A stretch of 64,000 bases of DNA from a virus (Duplodnaviria > Heunggongvirae > Uroviricota > Caudoviricetes), in the IMG/VR virus record IMGVR_UViG_2880329822_000001, positions 1 through 64,000 of that record, one strand, 5' to 3'. A model generated the notes under the pieces. The model had not been told where the DNA came from. It saw nothing but the letters and a program-made list of their open reading frames with translations, and did not search any database. This document shows positions 35,790 to 46,206 of this stretch, piece by piece (the first letter of the stretch is position 1; every line of letters starts with the position of its first letter). A program made the position numbers and the translations under genes.

Positions 35790-36934
35790 GTGCCGGTGAT
35801 GCGCTACAAAAATCGCAGAACGGCGCTGATATTCCTGACAAGACTTTGTTTGCACGCCGTATTGCCGCAGCGCTGGCCTACAGCTCAGGGATCAGCATTG
35901 GTGGAGACAGCAATCCCTGGACGACAGCCGAGTTTATTACCTGGCTGGAAAATCATGGGGCGTTTAATCATCCCTACTGGATATGTAAAGGGTCGTGGTC
36001 TTACGCAGACAATAAGGTCATCACTGACACTGGCTGCGGAAATATCTGTCTCGCTGGCGCTGTTGTGGAGGTTATGGGGAATGGCGGTGCGATTACCATT
36101 CGGGTGACAACGCCCACCACAACGTCAGGTGGTGGAGTTGCCAGCGCTCAGTTTATCTATATCAATCACGGTGATGGATATGCTCCGGGATGGCGACGTG
36201 ATTACAACACCGTAAATAAGCCATCAGCTGGCGAAATGGGGGCACTTTCAGTTAATGGCGGTCGCATTAACGGTGCGTTGGGTATCGGTACGGATAATGC
36301 GCTGGGCGGGAGTTCGATTGTATTTGGTGACAATGATACGGGAATTAAACAGAACGGCGACGGGGTACTGGATGTTTATGCCAATAACGCTCTTGTGGCT
36401 CGTTTACAGCCGGGGAAATTATATGTTGTGGGTGATGTGCTCGCAGGTGACGGTAAAAAACTATCACTGACCAGTGACAATAACTCCGTGCTGAATGCTA
36501 GATTTAATTTATGGGGCGATGCAAACAGGCCAACGGTTATTGAACTGGATGATGATCAGGGATGGCATTTGTACAGCCAGCGAAATCCTGACGGTTCAAT
36601 TCGTTTTATGGTCAATGGCGAGATTTTCACTACCGGCTCGATTCATGCTGGGGCCAATACTATCTCCACTGATGGGAATATTTACGGTTCACTATGGGGT
36701 GGGTGGCTGAATGACTGGATTAATAACACCATTATCAATCGTTTTGTCCAGGATATCAGGCTTGGTGGAATTGAATATGCTCAGGCATGGAACGGACCTG
36801 GATACAACGACACACCAGGCTATGTCATCACAGGTGTCACGAACGGCAATAGCGATGAATTAATTGATGGGGTACACCGACGCCCGTTGCAAAAACTCAT
36901 TGGCGGTGTCTGGTATAATGTTGCGAGTATTTAG
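35790..36934 (+). CDS. Alternate tail-fibre C-terminal cassette (silent in this orientation; fuses to the constant N-terminus after inversion)
   Basis: Shares [22 protein letters not shown] junction with the expressed fibre gene; no own start. Confidence 0.6.
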
Positions 36935-36936
36935 AT

Positions 36937-37470
36937 ATGATGCATTTGAAAAATATTTCTGCGGGTAATCCAAAAACGCTGGAGCAATATCAGTTAACTA
37001 AACGCTCCGGCGTCATCTGGTTATACTCGGAAGACGGGAAAAACTGGTACGAAGAACAGAAAAACTTTGCGACTGATACACTGAAAATAGCCTATGACCA
37101 GAACGGTGTTATTGTGAACATCAGCAAAGATGTTTCGACAATAAATCCCACTGGTTTGAGCGTTGTTGAATTGCCTGACATCACAGCAAACCGACGCGCT
37201 GATATATATGGTGGATGGATGTTTGACGGTAAGCAGGTAATTAAGCGGATTTATACACCGGAAGAATTGCGCCAACAGGCCGAAGTGAAAAAAGTAAAAC
37301 TGCTCGAAGAGGCTGAGAATGTTATTACGCCACTGGCGCGGGCGGTAAAATTGAACATCGCCACAGATGAAGAGATTAAACAACTGGAGGCATGGGAACT
37401 CTACAGCGTTCTGGTTAATCGGGTGGACACATCAAATCCTGACTGGCCGGAAAGACCAGCCAGTCAGTAG
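36937..37470 (+). CDS. Tail fibre assembly chaperone (Tfa/U-like), alternate copy
   Basis: C-terminal ...SNPDWPERP typical of Tfa. Confidence 0.75.
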   Translation: MMHLKNISAGNPKTLEQYQLTKRSGVIWLYSEDGKNWYEEQKNFATDTLKIAYDQNGVIVNISKDVSTINPTGLSVVELPDITANRRADIYGGWMFDGKQVIKRIYTPEELRQQAEVKKVKLLEEAENVITPLARAVKLNIATDEEIKQLEAWELYSVLVNRVDTSNPDWPERPASQ

Positions 37471-37473
37471 CCG

Positions 37474-37992
37474 TTACTGCGGTAATGCAGGCCACCTGAT
37501 TGCTGTGAAGGTGGCCTCATCTTTCACATCGCTCAAATCCAGCGTTTTCAGCGCCCTGATATAGACCATCCATTTAGTCAGGCTTGTCCTATCGTCGTCG
37601 CTGATATCCCCTAACGCCAGTTCGGTTCGCCAGTCGGCAATGGTGCTGTTAGCTCCATCCAGTAGTTTCTGTCTGGTGGTTTCGGCCTTAGCCTGATAGT
37701 CAACGGGAACAGCAAGAACAGTGCCGTTCGAATATTTCCAGTCGCCATAGATATTAAATCCTGCAGGTAACTTGTTAACCTCAACAACTGAAAAACCAGC
37801 CGGATAAAGACGTGATACATCTTCTGATACGGAACGGATTACACCTTCAGAATCAATGCACAGCTTATATCTCTTGGTGAATTTGTTCAGCGATTCGTAG
37901 AAGTCCTGACCATCTTCACTACGAAAATACAGAAAGTTGTTATCGTAGTCCGGGTCATCAGGAATGTATCTGGTTACGTTTTTTAACTCCAT
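37474..37992 (-). CDS. Tail fibre assembly chaperone (Tfa/U-like), currently expressed copy
   Basis: C-terminal ...TAIRWPALP; downstream of the fibre gene. Confidence 0.75.
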   Translation of the reverse strand: MELKNVTRYIPDDPDYDNNFLYFRSEDGQDFYESLNKFTKRYKLCIDSEGVIRSVSEDVSRLYPAGFSVVEVNKLPAGFNIYGDWKYSNGTVLAVPVDYQAKAETTRQKLLDGANSTIADWRTELALGDISDDDRTSLTKWMVYIRALKTLDLSDVKDEATFTAIRWPALPQ

Positions 37993-38006
37993 TATATTTA
38001 CCTCAA

Positions 38007-40832
38007 TTATCCATTAATTGTACGCCATCCATTACCAACCCACATTTGCAGTGGTCGATACGCAAATGTCACACCGTATGCCGTTGTTGGGTCATGTCTG
38101 GCCTGTGTCAGGAAACACCCTGCGGGAGCCTCATTAGGTCCATATTCATCTACTTTACCAGGCCATACAGGAGCACCGCGCTGGATATTCTGTACGTAAC
38201 GATTATCTGACTCACCTTTTGTATATACGTTTCCTGATGATAAATAACGGGCGTCAAAATTACCGTAATTATCCGGAATAACTTGTCCATTAACAACAAA
38301 CTGAATACTGCCATCAGTATTTCGCTGGCTGTATAAATGCCATCCCTGGTCGTCGCCAAGTTCAATAACTGTGGGGCGGTTTCCTCCGTCGCCCCACAAA
38401 TTAAACCCGGCATTTAGTGCTGAATTATTAGTACTCGTCAGTAACAGTTTTTTTCCGTTGCCTGCGCGAATAGCTCCCAGAACTATCATTTCACCGGGAG
38501 CGACACGAACTGTGTGCTGGTTATTCGCGAATATATCCAGTATCCCGTCACCATTCTGTTTAAGCCCGGTATCGTTATCACCGAGCACAATAGAATTACC
38601 GCCAAGCGCATTATCAGTACCAATACCTAACGAACCGTTAAGCCGTCCTCCATTAACTGACAGTGCCCCAACTTCACTGGCTGTAGGTTTCATCATGCTG
38701 TTAAACAGTGTATATGTCTGACCGTTCGTAGCGTTGGTCGGCTTTGTTTCTGAATATTCAGGAGCACTATACAGTGTGACATTTGCATTACTGGTATAAT
38801 CGCATTGTGCAATTAAACTGTAGGCGTACTGGTTAATACTGACGTAAACGTCGTAATTGTCGCCTGATGTGTTAATCCAGGCACATTCCAGAACACCGTT
38901 AGGTGAACGTCTCCATAATGTGGCAGTAATCCCGACCGGGGAGCCATTACCGGCACGCAGCACCAGTTCACTGATTGCCGCCTGCTCAAATGAACCAACG
39001 TTAAACCCAGACCCACCGTACAATTTAATCACCGCAGTTGATGTGGCTTGTGGCATGAAGACCGTGGCAATTTTAAACCATCCCGATTCACCAAATGTAA
39101 CGCTGGTAGAGGTTACAGCGCCGATAGTTCTAGCAAATTGTTTTTTGTCAGGAATATCAGCGCCATTCTGGTCTTTTTGCAGGGCGCCAGCTGCGCGATT
39201 TATGGTTTCTCGTAAACCAACGTATTCGATAAGACCATCCACGCTCTTTCCTGACAGCGCCGTCAGGGTTTCGTCCAGCGGCTGCTTGCCCGCCAGTTTA
39301 TTCAGTACCGTGGTGGCAAAATTAGGATCGTTACCCAGCGCGTCAGCCAGTTCTTTCAGCGTGTCCAGCGCTTCCGGCGCAGAACCAACCAACTGTGCCA
39401 CTTTCGCAGCCACAAACGCTGCCGTGGCAATTTCAATACCTGCAGCTGTGGTTTCCGGCGTTGGTGCCGTTGGCGTACCGGTCAGTGCCGGACTGTCCAG
39501 CGGGGCTTTGGTTTGCGTCTCGCTCATGACTGCTTTGATCGCCTTTGGCGTGGCTGCCAGCGTTTCGCTGTCACTGTCCGTGGCACTGCTTAACTGGACA
39601 ATACCTTTTTGAGATGTGGTGCCATCCTTGATATCAAGGCTCCCGGCAAAAGCAGCCGCCTCGTCTCTAAATTGTTTGGCATCAAAAGCTGATTCTCTAG
39701 CACTTGTACTTGCTGTTGTCGCTTTTTCCACTTCGCCTTGAATTGAGGCAGTGATCTGTGCTGATGTCTGAGAGGCCGCTTTGTTTGCTGCGTTATTAGC
39801 AGCGTCTTTGGCTTCTTCGCTGTATTGACGAGTAGTGTCACGAGCAGCAATAACCTCGTCTCTAAATCCGGAAATTTCAGATTTGCTAGTGTCCACATCC
39901 AGCTTCAACTGGTGCGCATCTGCCGCACTTTTTGCCGCACTGGTAGCGTGGCCACTTGCAATTTCTTTTGACGTGCTTGCTTCGGCCGCGTTTTCAGCCG
40001 ATGCTGTTTCAGAAGTTGCAGCAGCCTCTTTGGCGCTATTTGCAGCTTCGGCATATTTTTTTGCATCAGCAGCGTCATTTGCAGAAGATAACGCGCTTAA
40101 TGCCGCAGCTTCTTTACTTTCAGATGCTCTAGCTTCTAAATCTGCCGATTTGGTTTCTGACGTTTTTGCGGCAGTAGCGCTGGCCTCCGACAATGCAGCA
40201 TTTTCTGCCGATTTTGTTTCTGATTCCTTTGCGGCTAAAGCGCTAATTTCTGCTGCGCTTTTATTTTCTGCCGATAAAGCCGCACTTTGAGAAGACTCAT
40301 CAGCTTTGGTCGACGCGACGGAAGAATATTGGGAAGCTGATGCAGCACTTGCGGCAGCTTCTTTAGCCTTATCACCAGCAGCGTTAATTGCATCAGTATT
40401 ATCTGCATACCATTTCAGAGCAGCATTATGTTCATTAACGATTTGAAGAAGCGATTTAACAGCTAATTCCGTACCATCCTCTCGTTCAATTAAGACTTCA
40501 TCTACAGCCGTAAGCCAGCTGCGCATCGCCTTAGAATCAGTTGACATACGAGTCATTAACGCAGTAAACCGCGCGCTAAACTGCGTTAAATCACCTTCAT
40601 AAGTCGTGATAATGCGACAAGGCACATTTGTCTGAGTTTCGCCTGTGTACTCCTCAGCAAGAGTAAGACTGGTGTCACTGTGTACACGTTTAATTTCGTA
40701 CAATTTGTTGTCAGGCCCAATAACGATCATGCCCGGAAGCACGCCATTAGAGGTAACGTTCCAGAACGTATCTTTTCCGGTTAACGCACTACTTCCATTT
40801 GTAAATGTTACAGTACCTTCCCTGTACCACAT
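38007..40832 (-). CDS. Side tail fibre protein (941 aa) with A/S/E-rich repeat region and variable C-terminal domain
   Basis: Constant N-terminal part (39235-40832) and variable part (38007-39206) split by the gix-like site. Confidence 0.8.
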   Translation of the reverse strand: MWYREGTVTFTNGSSALTGKDTFWNVTSNGVLPGMIVIGPDNKLYEIKRVHSDTSLTLAEEYTGETQTNVPCRIITTYEGDLTQFSARFTALMTRMSTDSKAMRSWLTAVDEVLIEREDGTELAVKSLLQIVNEHNAALKWYADNTDAINAAGDKAKEAAASAASASQYSSVASTKADESSQSAALSAENKSAAEISALAAKESETKSAENAALSEASATAAKTSETKSADLEARASESKEAAALSALSSANDAADAKKYAEAANSAKEAAATSETASAENAAEASTSKEIASGHATSAAKSAADAHQLKLDVDTSKSEISGFRDEVIAARDTTRQYSEEAKDAANNAANKAASQTSAQITASIQGEVEKATTASTSARESAFDAKQFRDEAAAFAGSLDIKDGTTSQKGIVQLSSATDSDSETLAATPKAIKAVMSETQTKAPLDSPALTGTPTAPTPETTAAGIEIATAAFVAAKVAQLVGSAPEALDTLKELADALGNDPNFATTVLNKLAGKQPLDETLTALSGKSVDGLIEYVGLRETINRAAGALQKDQNGADIPDKKQFARTIGAVTSTSVTFGESGWFKIATVFMPQATSTAVIKLYGGSGFNVGSFEQAAISELVLRAGNGSPVGITATLWRRSPNGVLECAWINTSGDNYDVYVSINQYAYSLIAQCDYTSNANVTLYSAPEYSETKPTNATNGQTYTLFNSMMKPTASEVGALSVNGGRLNGSLGIGTDNALGGNSIVLGDNDTGLKQNGDGILDIFANNQHTVRVAPGEMIVLGAIRAGNGKKLLLTSTNNSALNAGFNLWGDGGNRPTVIELGDDQGWHLYSQRNTDGSIQFVVNGQVIPDNYGNFDARYLSSGNVYTKGESDNRYVQNIQRGAPVWPGKVDEYGPNEAPAGCFLTQARHDPTTAYGVTFAYRPLQMWVGNGWRTING
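39207..39234. other. gix-like crossover site, right (reverse complement TTATCGAATACGTTGGTTTACGAGAAAC)
   Basis: Inverted copy of the left site inside the fibre gene. Confidence 0.55.
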
Positions 40833-40971
40833 AAGTTCTCCTTAGTTTGATGGGCATCCATGCCCATCATAAGTAACTACATATCTATTTTGTCTTATTC
40901 GAAAAAACATTTCTACAATGAAATTTCCAACCACATAGAGATAATTCTACTTTTCACACAGAAGACACCCA

Positions 40972-43900
40972 TCAACTCACGATGAACCCTGACGGGGAGG
41001 ATTTAGTTGTCGTGATCTGAATTCCACTTGTGATATAACCTGCCGCGGTGTTCTGAACTGCAACTTCAATCCTAAATGTAAATCTTATATCACCACCTCC
41101 AGAATACATCTGCTTAAAGTAACTGAATGGGTGGGAATCACCTGGATTTAATACATCCTGTGTTACGTAACCAGAAGTTACAACCTCTACACTTTTCCTG
41201 AAAATCTCACCGCCATTAACAGAAACGATTAATGTACAAAGAGACCATGCGCCATTTCTACCACTTCCCTCATACACAACACCTGAATAGAAGACTGGTG
41301 GGATAGTTATATGGCGCTCAAATGTCTGATCATCAAGCACCGTCACCGTCCTTTCTGTGGCATATCGTTTGTCACCTATCTGCTGCAACGCAGGGAACGT
41401 TACATTGTGAATCTTGACGATATCACCAATTATTCTTTCCGCTCTTAACGTTCCGTTGATGGTACAAGTATCAGCAATAGTAACGTTGTTTAACGTTCCT
41501 GAGTTTGCGTCAATGTTTCCCCTGAATTTGCCATTATTAAATTCAGGAGTTCCATCTTTACGAATACACCAACCTGATACACCTGCAACATAGTCGTAGG
41601 ACTGAATTACATTTCCAATTTTTGCATCAGAAATCGTACCGTCCTTAATCCAGGCGCCATTCATATAGGCTATACCGTTTTCAATAACGAAAGGTGTTGT
41701 GACAGTTCCATTGACAGAGTTAACCAACCCAAAGCGATCGGCTTGTACAAGGAACTGAGAAAGACCAGTGCTATCAATACCTAACGCGATACCTGCAACA
41801 TACGTCTGGCCGCCAGCCGATGACGTTTCCATTTTTAGTGTCCAGGCAGCTGACACCTTTTTATTCGTGTCAGCAATAGCCTGAGCCTGTTCCTGGATTA
41901 CCGCAGAATTACCATCAACCTCAGCTTTGATGGTGTCAACTCGTTTACCAATGGCATTATCAGCCTCCGCTCTAGCGGTAGATTCTGACGTTATTGCCGC
42001 ACTGATATCTTTCCCTGTTTGAGCCTGCAGATTGCTAATTTGGCCTGCAAGAGCGGAGTCCGAGTCTGTACGAGCTTTAGTTTCGGTTGCCACAGCTGCT
42101 TTTATGTCTTCGGCAGTTTGGGCTTTAAGTGTGCTGATTTGGCTTGCCAGCGCACTATCTGCATCCGTTCTTGCTAGCGTCTCGCCAGCGACAGCCGCCT
42201 TAATATTTTCTCCTGTCTGCGTTTGCAAATTGACAATCTGGCGTGCAAGTGATTCGTCAGCTGTTACTCTCGCCTCTTGCTCGGCAACAATAGAGGCGGC
42301 AATATCATCGTTTAACTTGGCTTCCAGTTTACTTATATTGGTTGCCAAAGCCTTATCAGCTTCGACACGAGCAGTTGTTTCTTCAGTAATAGATGCCTTA
42401 ATGTCCTCACCTATTTCGGCGCGAATTTCCTCTACTTTCGTTGCCATCGCAGTCATATCATCTGCAAAGGCCTTTTGAGTAGTGGCAATTTTCGCATTGT
42501 TAAACATCTGCTTATGCTGATCTTCATCTTGTCGTAATGCCAGATCAATGTTTGTCTTAGCTAATGCCTCGATATTTGTTGTAACTTCGGAGCTAGCACG
42601 ATCGATTTCAGCGACAGTCTTTTTCATCTCTTCAACGGCAGCAACGCTGTCGTCTACTGATGACTTTATTGCCTCGATCTGCTTCGCATTTGCCTTATCT
42701 CCTTCTACGCGAGCTTCTTTTTCTTCCGCTACGAGAGCTGATGCATTATCTATGGCAGCCTGGGCTGCATCTACCGCTCCTGCAATTGCTTTATCCTGCT
42801 CGGATACTTTATCTTCCAGCTTAACGATGGCTGCATTTGTACTACCTAATTGCTCTAACGCGTCGTTTACCTTATTGACTGTGCCGTCAATTTCGGATTT
42901 AAGTTCCGTTTGGGCTGACTCAAGTTTATTATTCGTATTAGTAAGCTTGTCATCCAGTTCATTTAGACTCCCCTCCATCTCCTCATAAATTTTATTTACT
43001 GCATCTTGAGACGCTTTCGAATTTATATCTTCCAGCAGCTCCTGACCTAGTTCCGAAGACGTGATCTTATCTTTCAAGAATGAAAGAATATCTCTCGTCA
43101 ACGCCTCAGTACCCAAGTTTGAGTTAGGAGGACTAAGCATTCCGCGTTTGTTTGCTGCTTTAACCCAATAGAACCAAGTCTCACTATCACCGAGACCAGA
43201 ATGGGTAAATGTTGTGCTGGCGGCTTCTGCAATTAGTGTTGCCGAATCTAAATCGTTTGTTCTTGATGCGTAAACATTGATGTGATCAAGATCAATTGAA
43301 TCTGGATTAACCCAATTGAGAACAACGTTACGATAGTCTCCGACTGCTGTGAGAGACGTAGGCGCACCTGGAGGCGTCATCGTTCCAAGAACTTTATATA
43401 CAGTACTGATTATTTCCGTTTTCTTACCGCTGAACGATACCGCGTAGAGCTGGATGTCGTACTGCCCATTCTCAGCGATATTTTCGATCTCATACTGTTC
43501 TTCATTAACGCGTGCAGACTGCCAGTTGGAGACATTATTTTCATCAGATCGGCGCCAACTTATCCAGTATTCAGCAGACTTTCCTTCCCATGTAGCAATC
43601 AGTTTTATCGACAGATTACCAGGGCTTGAAATATATGTTCCCTCAGTAACCTGCAGATTTGTAGGCTTTGAGTACGTTGGATCAAGCACTGTAGTGTTTT
43701 GAGGAATCAACGTAGCGCCATTATCAATGGCTTGGTACTTTGAAGGATTGTTTTGTACTACCGTGACATCGAAAGAGCCTTGTGTATCACCCTGGGCCAC
43801 ATTAATCACACGTACACGCATTGGCTCAAGATCAGGTTCGTTGATCATCCATACGCCATTTAAAACCGGTGTTTCTCCCTGCAAAAGAGGTTTAGTGAAC

Positions 43901-45603
43901 GTTACTTTGGAGATATTTTCACCGGTCTCCAGGATGTCTCGCTCAACTAATTTACCTTTTTCATTCATTATGCGAATGAAGCTATTACTCTTTTTCAGAG
44001 ATACAGGTGCGTCTAGTGTGATGCTGTTCTGCGTAAACGCCATGATACGACCTGAATTTCTCTTACCTGATCGATACTTATTTTGAATAAGTACCGTTTC
44101 ACCAGGCATTAAAAATGCCGCATCAAGACCTGCTGTAAATGTTATTACATCAGACTCCATCCTTGCCGTATACAGTAACCAAAGCCCTACGCGATGCGCC
44201 TGCCCACGGCTTGTGCATCCGAATGCGACAACTTCAGTTTTACGTTCACCGTAGCGTCGCATTGCTTCCTGATCTTCTACATACTCAATGTTCTGTTTAT
44301 AGCCGTCATCCTTGTTGTTGTAGGTTACAAGCGCTACTGATGGGCGATCTTTTCGAGAAGAACCCTTATGAGTAAACATGCCATCTTTAACGTTTGCATT
44401 GGTGAATAACATCACAGGATCTGATGGACTATCCTGCATAACATTAATCATGCCACCAGCCCAAAAGACCATTCCTCTAAATGCGCCGGCAATATCCTGA
44501 ATGAGACGATACGCATCCTGACGACTGGTTATCTGGGTATTAATAGCAAATCTCTTTTCTTTTCCGCCAAACCCATCGTCTACTTCTTCATCACAATATC
44601 GACCTATCTGGTACAGTTGCCCCAAATCTATCATCGACTCACTAACAAACTTACCCAATCCATATCGAGGGTTAGTCAAAACGTCAAAAAGGATCCATGC
44701 AGGGTTCGATGAAGAGATAAGCTTGAACGTACCATCCCAAACACCAACATAAGAGTTTGCACTCTCATTGTAGTTAGACGGTACACGGATTTTCATTCCG
44801 CGAACCAAATAAGAACGTGATGGCATATTGCCACCGAACTGTTCAGAGTTGACCTTTAGTCCAACCAATACAGAGTTTGGGTAGTTCATTGGCGTATCGA
44901 CAATCTCGCCGATTGAATCAACCCATGTATCGTTATAAAGATATTGCGATGAACTATCGTCGGTGAGGCGAATTACACGTATTTTGTATGCGCGACCAGG
45001 CTTTGGAAGCTTAAATTCATAGCTACGGTAATAAACACCTGTCTTTTTGGCCGACAGTGAAATAATGATATCGTTTTCACCTTCTGCCACGACATCCTGA
45101 AAAGTTGAATCTCCATTAGCAATCTGAAATTTGTACTGAACCGTCGTGCCGTTCGTATCACCAGACTTTTGATCGATACTTCTGAGTGACGGGTATTTAA
45201 GAATGACTCTCACACGATCGGCTTCGTCGTTATCAACAGCAACGGTGACATCATGTGTTTTTTTCAGTTGTATATTGACAGACTTAGGCGTTTCGACGAA
45301 ATCGAAACCAGTCATTGGAGACTGATCTTGCGAACCGTCGCGGAAATCCCATGTTATACCGCTATAGTTCGTCGAACCATCACCGTTCATAATTGGCAAA
45401 TCGTCGATGAATATCGACTTTGCACCATCTACAAGACCACCAATAACGCCCTCACCGAGTAAATCGAGAATAGACGCCATAGCGCGCGAGTTGACGGTAT
45501 CATCTGCCTCAACCGGAGTACGACTTGAGCCACTGCTTTTTTTGCCGCCAGCCCCTGCAATCAGAAGCGGTAGTTTTTTCTTCTTGAACTGTTCCATGTT
45601 CAA
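40972..45603 (-). CDS. Central tail fibre / host-specificity protein (lambda J-like), 1543 aa with five 33-aa coiled-coil repeats
   Basis: Size and position after the I/K/L/M order. Confidence 0.8.
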   Translation of the reverse strand: MNMEQFKKKKLPLLIAGAGGKKSSGSSRTPVEADDTVNSRAMASILDLLGEGVIGGLVDGAKSIFIDDLPIMNGDGSTNYSGITWDFRDGSQDQSPMTGFDFVETPKSVNIQLKKTHDVTVAVDNDEADRVRVILKYPSLRSIDQKSGDTNGTTVQYKFQIANGDSTFQDVVAEGENDIIISLSAKKTGVYYRSYEFKLPKPGRAYKIRVIRLTDDSSSQYLYNDTWVDSIGEIVDTPMNYPNSVLVGLKVNSEQFGGNMPSRSYLVRGMKIRVPSNYNESANSYVGVWDGTFKLISSSNPAWILFDVLTNPRYGLGKFVSESMIDLGQLYQIGRYCDEEVDDGFGGKEKRFAINTQITSRQDAYRLIQDIAGAFRGMVFWAGGMINVMQDSPSDPVMLFTNANVKDGMFTHKGSSRKDRPSVALVTYNNKDDGYKQNIEYVEDQEAMRRYGERKTEVVAFGCTSRGQAHRVGLWLLYTARMESDVITFTAGLDAAFLMPGETVLIQNKYRSGKRNSGRIMAFTQNSITLDAPVSLKKSNSFIRIMNEKGKLVERDILETGENISKVTFTKPLLQGETPVLNGVWMINEPDLEPMRVRVINVAQGDTQGSFDVTVVQNNPSKYQAIDNGATLIPQNTTVLDPTYSKPTNLQVTEGTYISSPGNLSIKLIATWEGKSAEYWISWRRSDENNVSNWQSARVNEEQYEIENIAENGQYDIQLYAVSFSGKKTEIISTVYKVLGTMTPPGAPTSLTAVGDYRNVVLNWVNPDSIDLDHINVYASRTNDLDSATLIAEAASTTFTHSGLGDSETWFYWVKAANKRGMLSPPNSNLGTEALTRDILSFLKDKITSSELGQELLEDINSKASQDAVNKIYEEMEGSLNELDDKLTNTNNKLESAQTELKSEIDGTVNKVNDALEQLGSTNAAIVKLEDKVSEQDKAIAGAVDAAQAAIDNASALVAEEKEARVEGDKANAKQIEAIKSSVDDSVAAVEEMKKTVAEIDRASSEVTTNIEALAKTNIDLALRQDEDQHKQMFNNAKIATTQKAFADDMTAMATKVEEIRAEIGEDIKASITEETTARVEADKALATNISKLEAKLNDDIAASIVAEQEARVTADESLARQIVNLQTQTGENIKAAVAGETLARTDADSALASQISTLKAQTAEDIKAAVATETKARTDSDSALAGQISNLQAQTGKDISAAITSESTARAEADNAIGKRVDTIKAEVDGNSAVIQEQAQAIADTNKKVSAAWTLKMETSSAGGQTYVAGIALGIDSTGLSQFLVQADRFGLVNSVNGTVTTPFVIENGIAYMNGAWIKDGTISDAKIGNVIQSYDYVAGVSGWCIRKDGTPEFNNGKFRGNIDANSGTLNNVTIADTCTINGTLRAERIIGDIVKIHNVTFPALQQIGDKRYATERTVTVLDDQTFERHITIPPVFYSGVVYEGSGRNGAWSLCTLIVSVNGGEIFRKSVEVVTSGYVTQDVLNPGDSHPFSYFKQMYSGGGDIRFTFRIEVAVQNTAAGYITSGIQITTTKSSPSGFIVS
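41990..42490. repeat. Degenerate tandem 99-bp repeats (5 units) inside the J-like gene
   Basis: Units encode KAAVAGETLARTDADSALASQISTLKAQTAEDI-like 33-mers. Confidence 0.6.
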
Positions 45604-45612
45604 AAAATCCTT

Positions 45613-46206
45613 TTACATCAGTTGATCGATCGTGATGGAAGAACTCACCACCTGAGAGCCGACCAAGATTTCCTCTCCATAAATAAGCTGTACAGGGTTT
45701 CCCTGGTTGGTTGTATTTTGTGGGCCGTCGAAGTAATAGGAATCCTTGTTATCCGCCTGGCGAACAGATTTGTTCGCCGCTTGAGGTGATATAAGCTGCG
45801 CTACACCACCCATCATTAAAGACAACCCAAGCGGGGCAAGTGCAGGAACTCCGAAAAAAGAGGCAACCATTAACGCAGCCCCTACGACTGTCTGAAACCA
45901 GCCAAACGCTTTTCCACCGCTTCCACGCGGAACTGGTGTTATGCGGATCTTCGCAATGTTGTTAGACCGCCCCATCATTTGGTATTCATTCTCGTCAAGC
46001 GACCATTTTTGCCCCTGCTTATTGGTGATCTGGATGTGGTACTTGTCGTAGGTTTTGATGTTGCGCTTCATCCAGGCTTTAAAACCCGGACGATTGGCTT
46101 CAATTAAATCCAAAGCCTGCTTTGCATTGCTCACCTTTAGATGCCAATGGCGGCCGAAATGTTTGGCCATAGGTCCGCCAAGTTGTACATGTACTAACTC
46201 AGACAC
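45613..46206 (-). CDS. Tail assembly protein I-like
   Basis: Gene order and size (197 aa), C-terminal hydrophobic segment. Confidence 0.7.
   Translation of the reverse strand: MSELVHVQLGGPMAKHFGRHWHLKVSNAKQALDLIEANRPGFKAWMKRNIKTYDKYHIQITNKQGQKWSLDENEYQMMGRSNNIAKIRITPVPRGSGGKAFGWFQTVVGAALMVASFFGVPALAPLGLSLMMGGVAQLISPQAANKSVRQADNKDSYYFDGPQNTTNQGNPVQLIYGEEILVGSQVVSSSITIDQLM

Noticed and set aside
35701-35841. 47-aa N-terminal extension of the invertase ORF and the first about 30 codons of the plus ORF 35699-36934
   Set aside because: Both are read-through of the gix site and inverted-repeat region. The invertase starts at the conserved MQIGYVRVST, and the plus-strand cassette has no own start.
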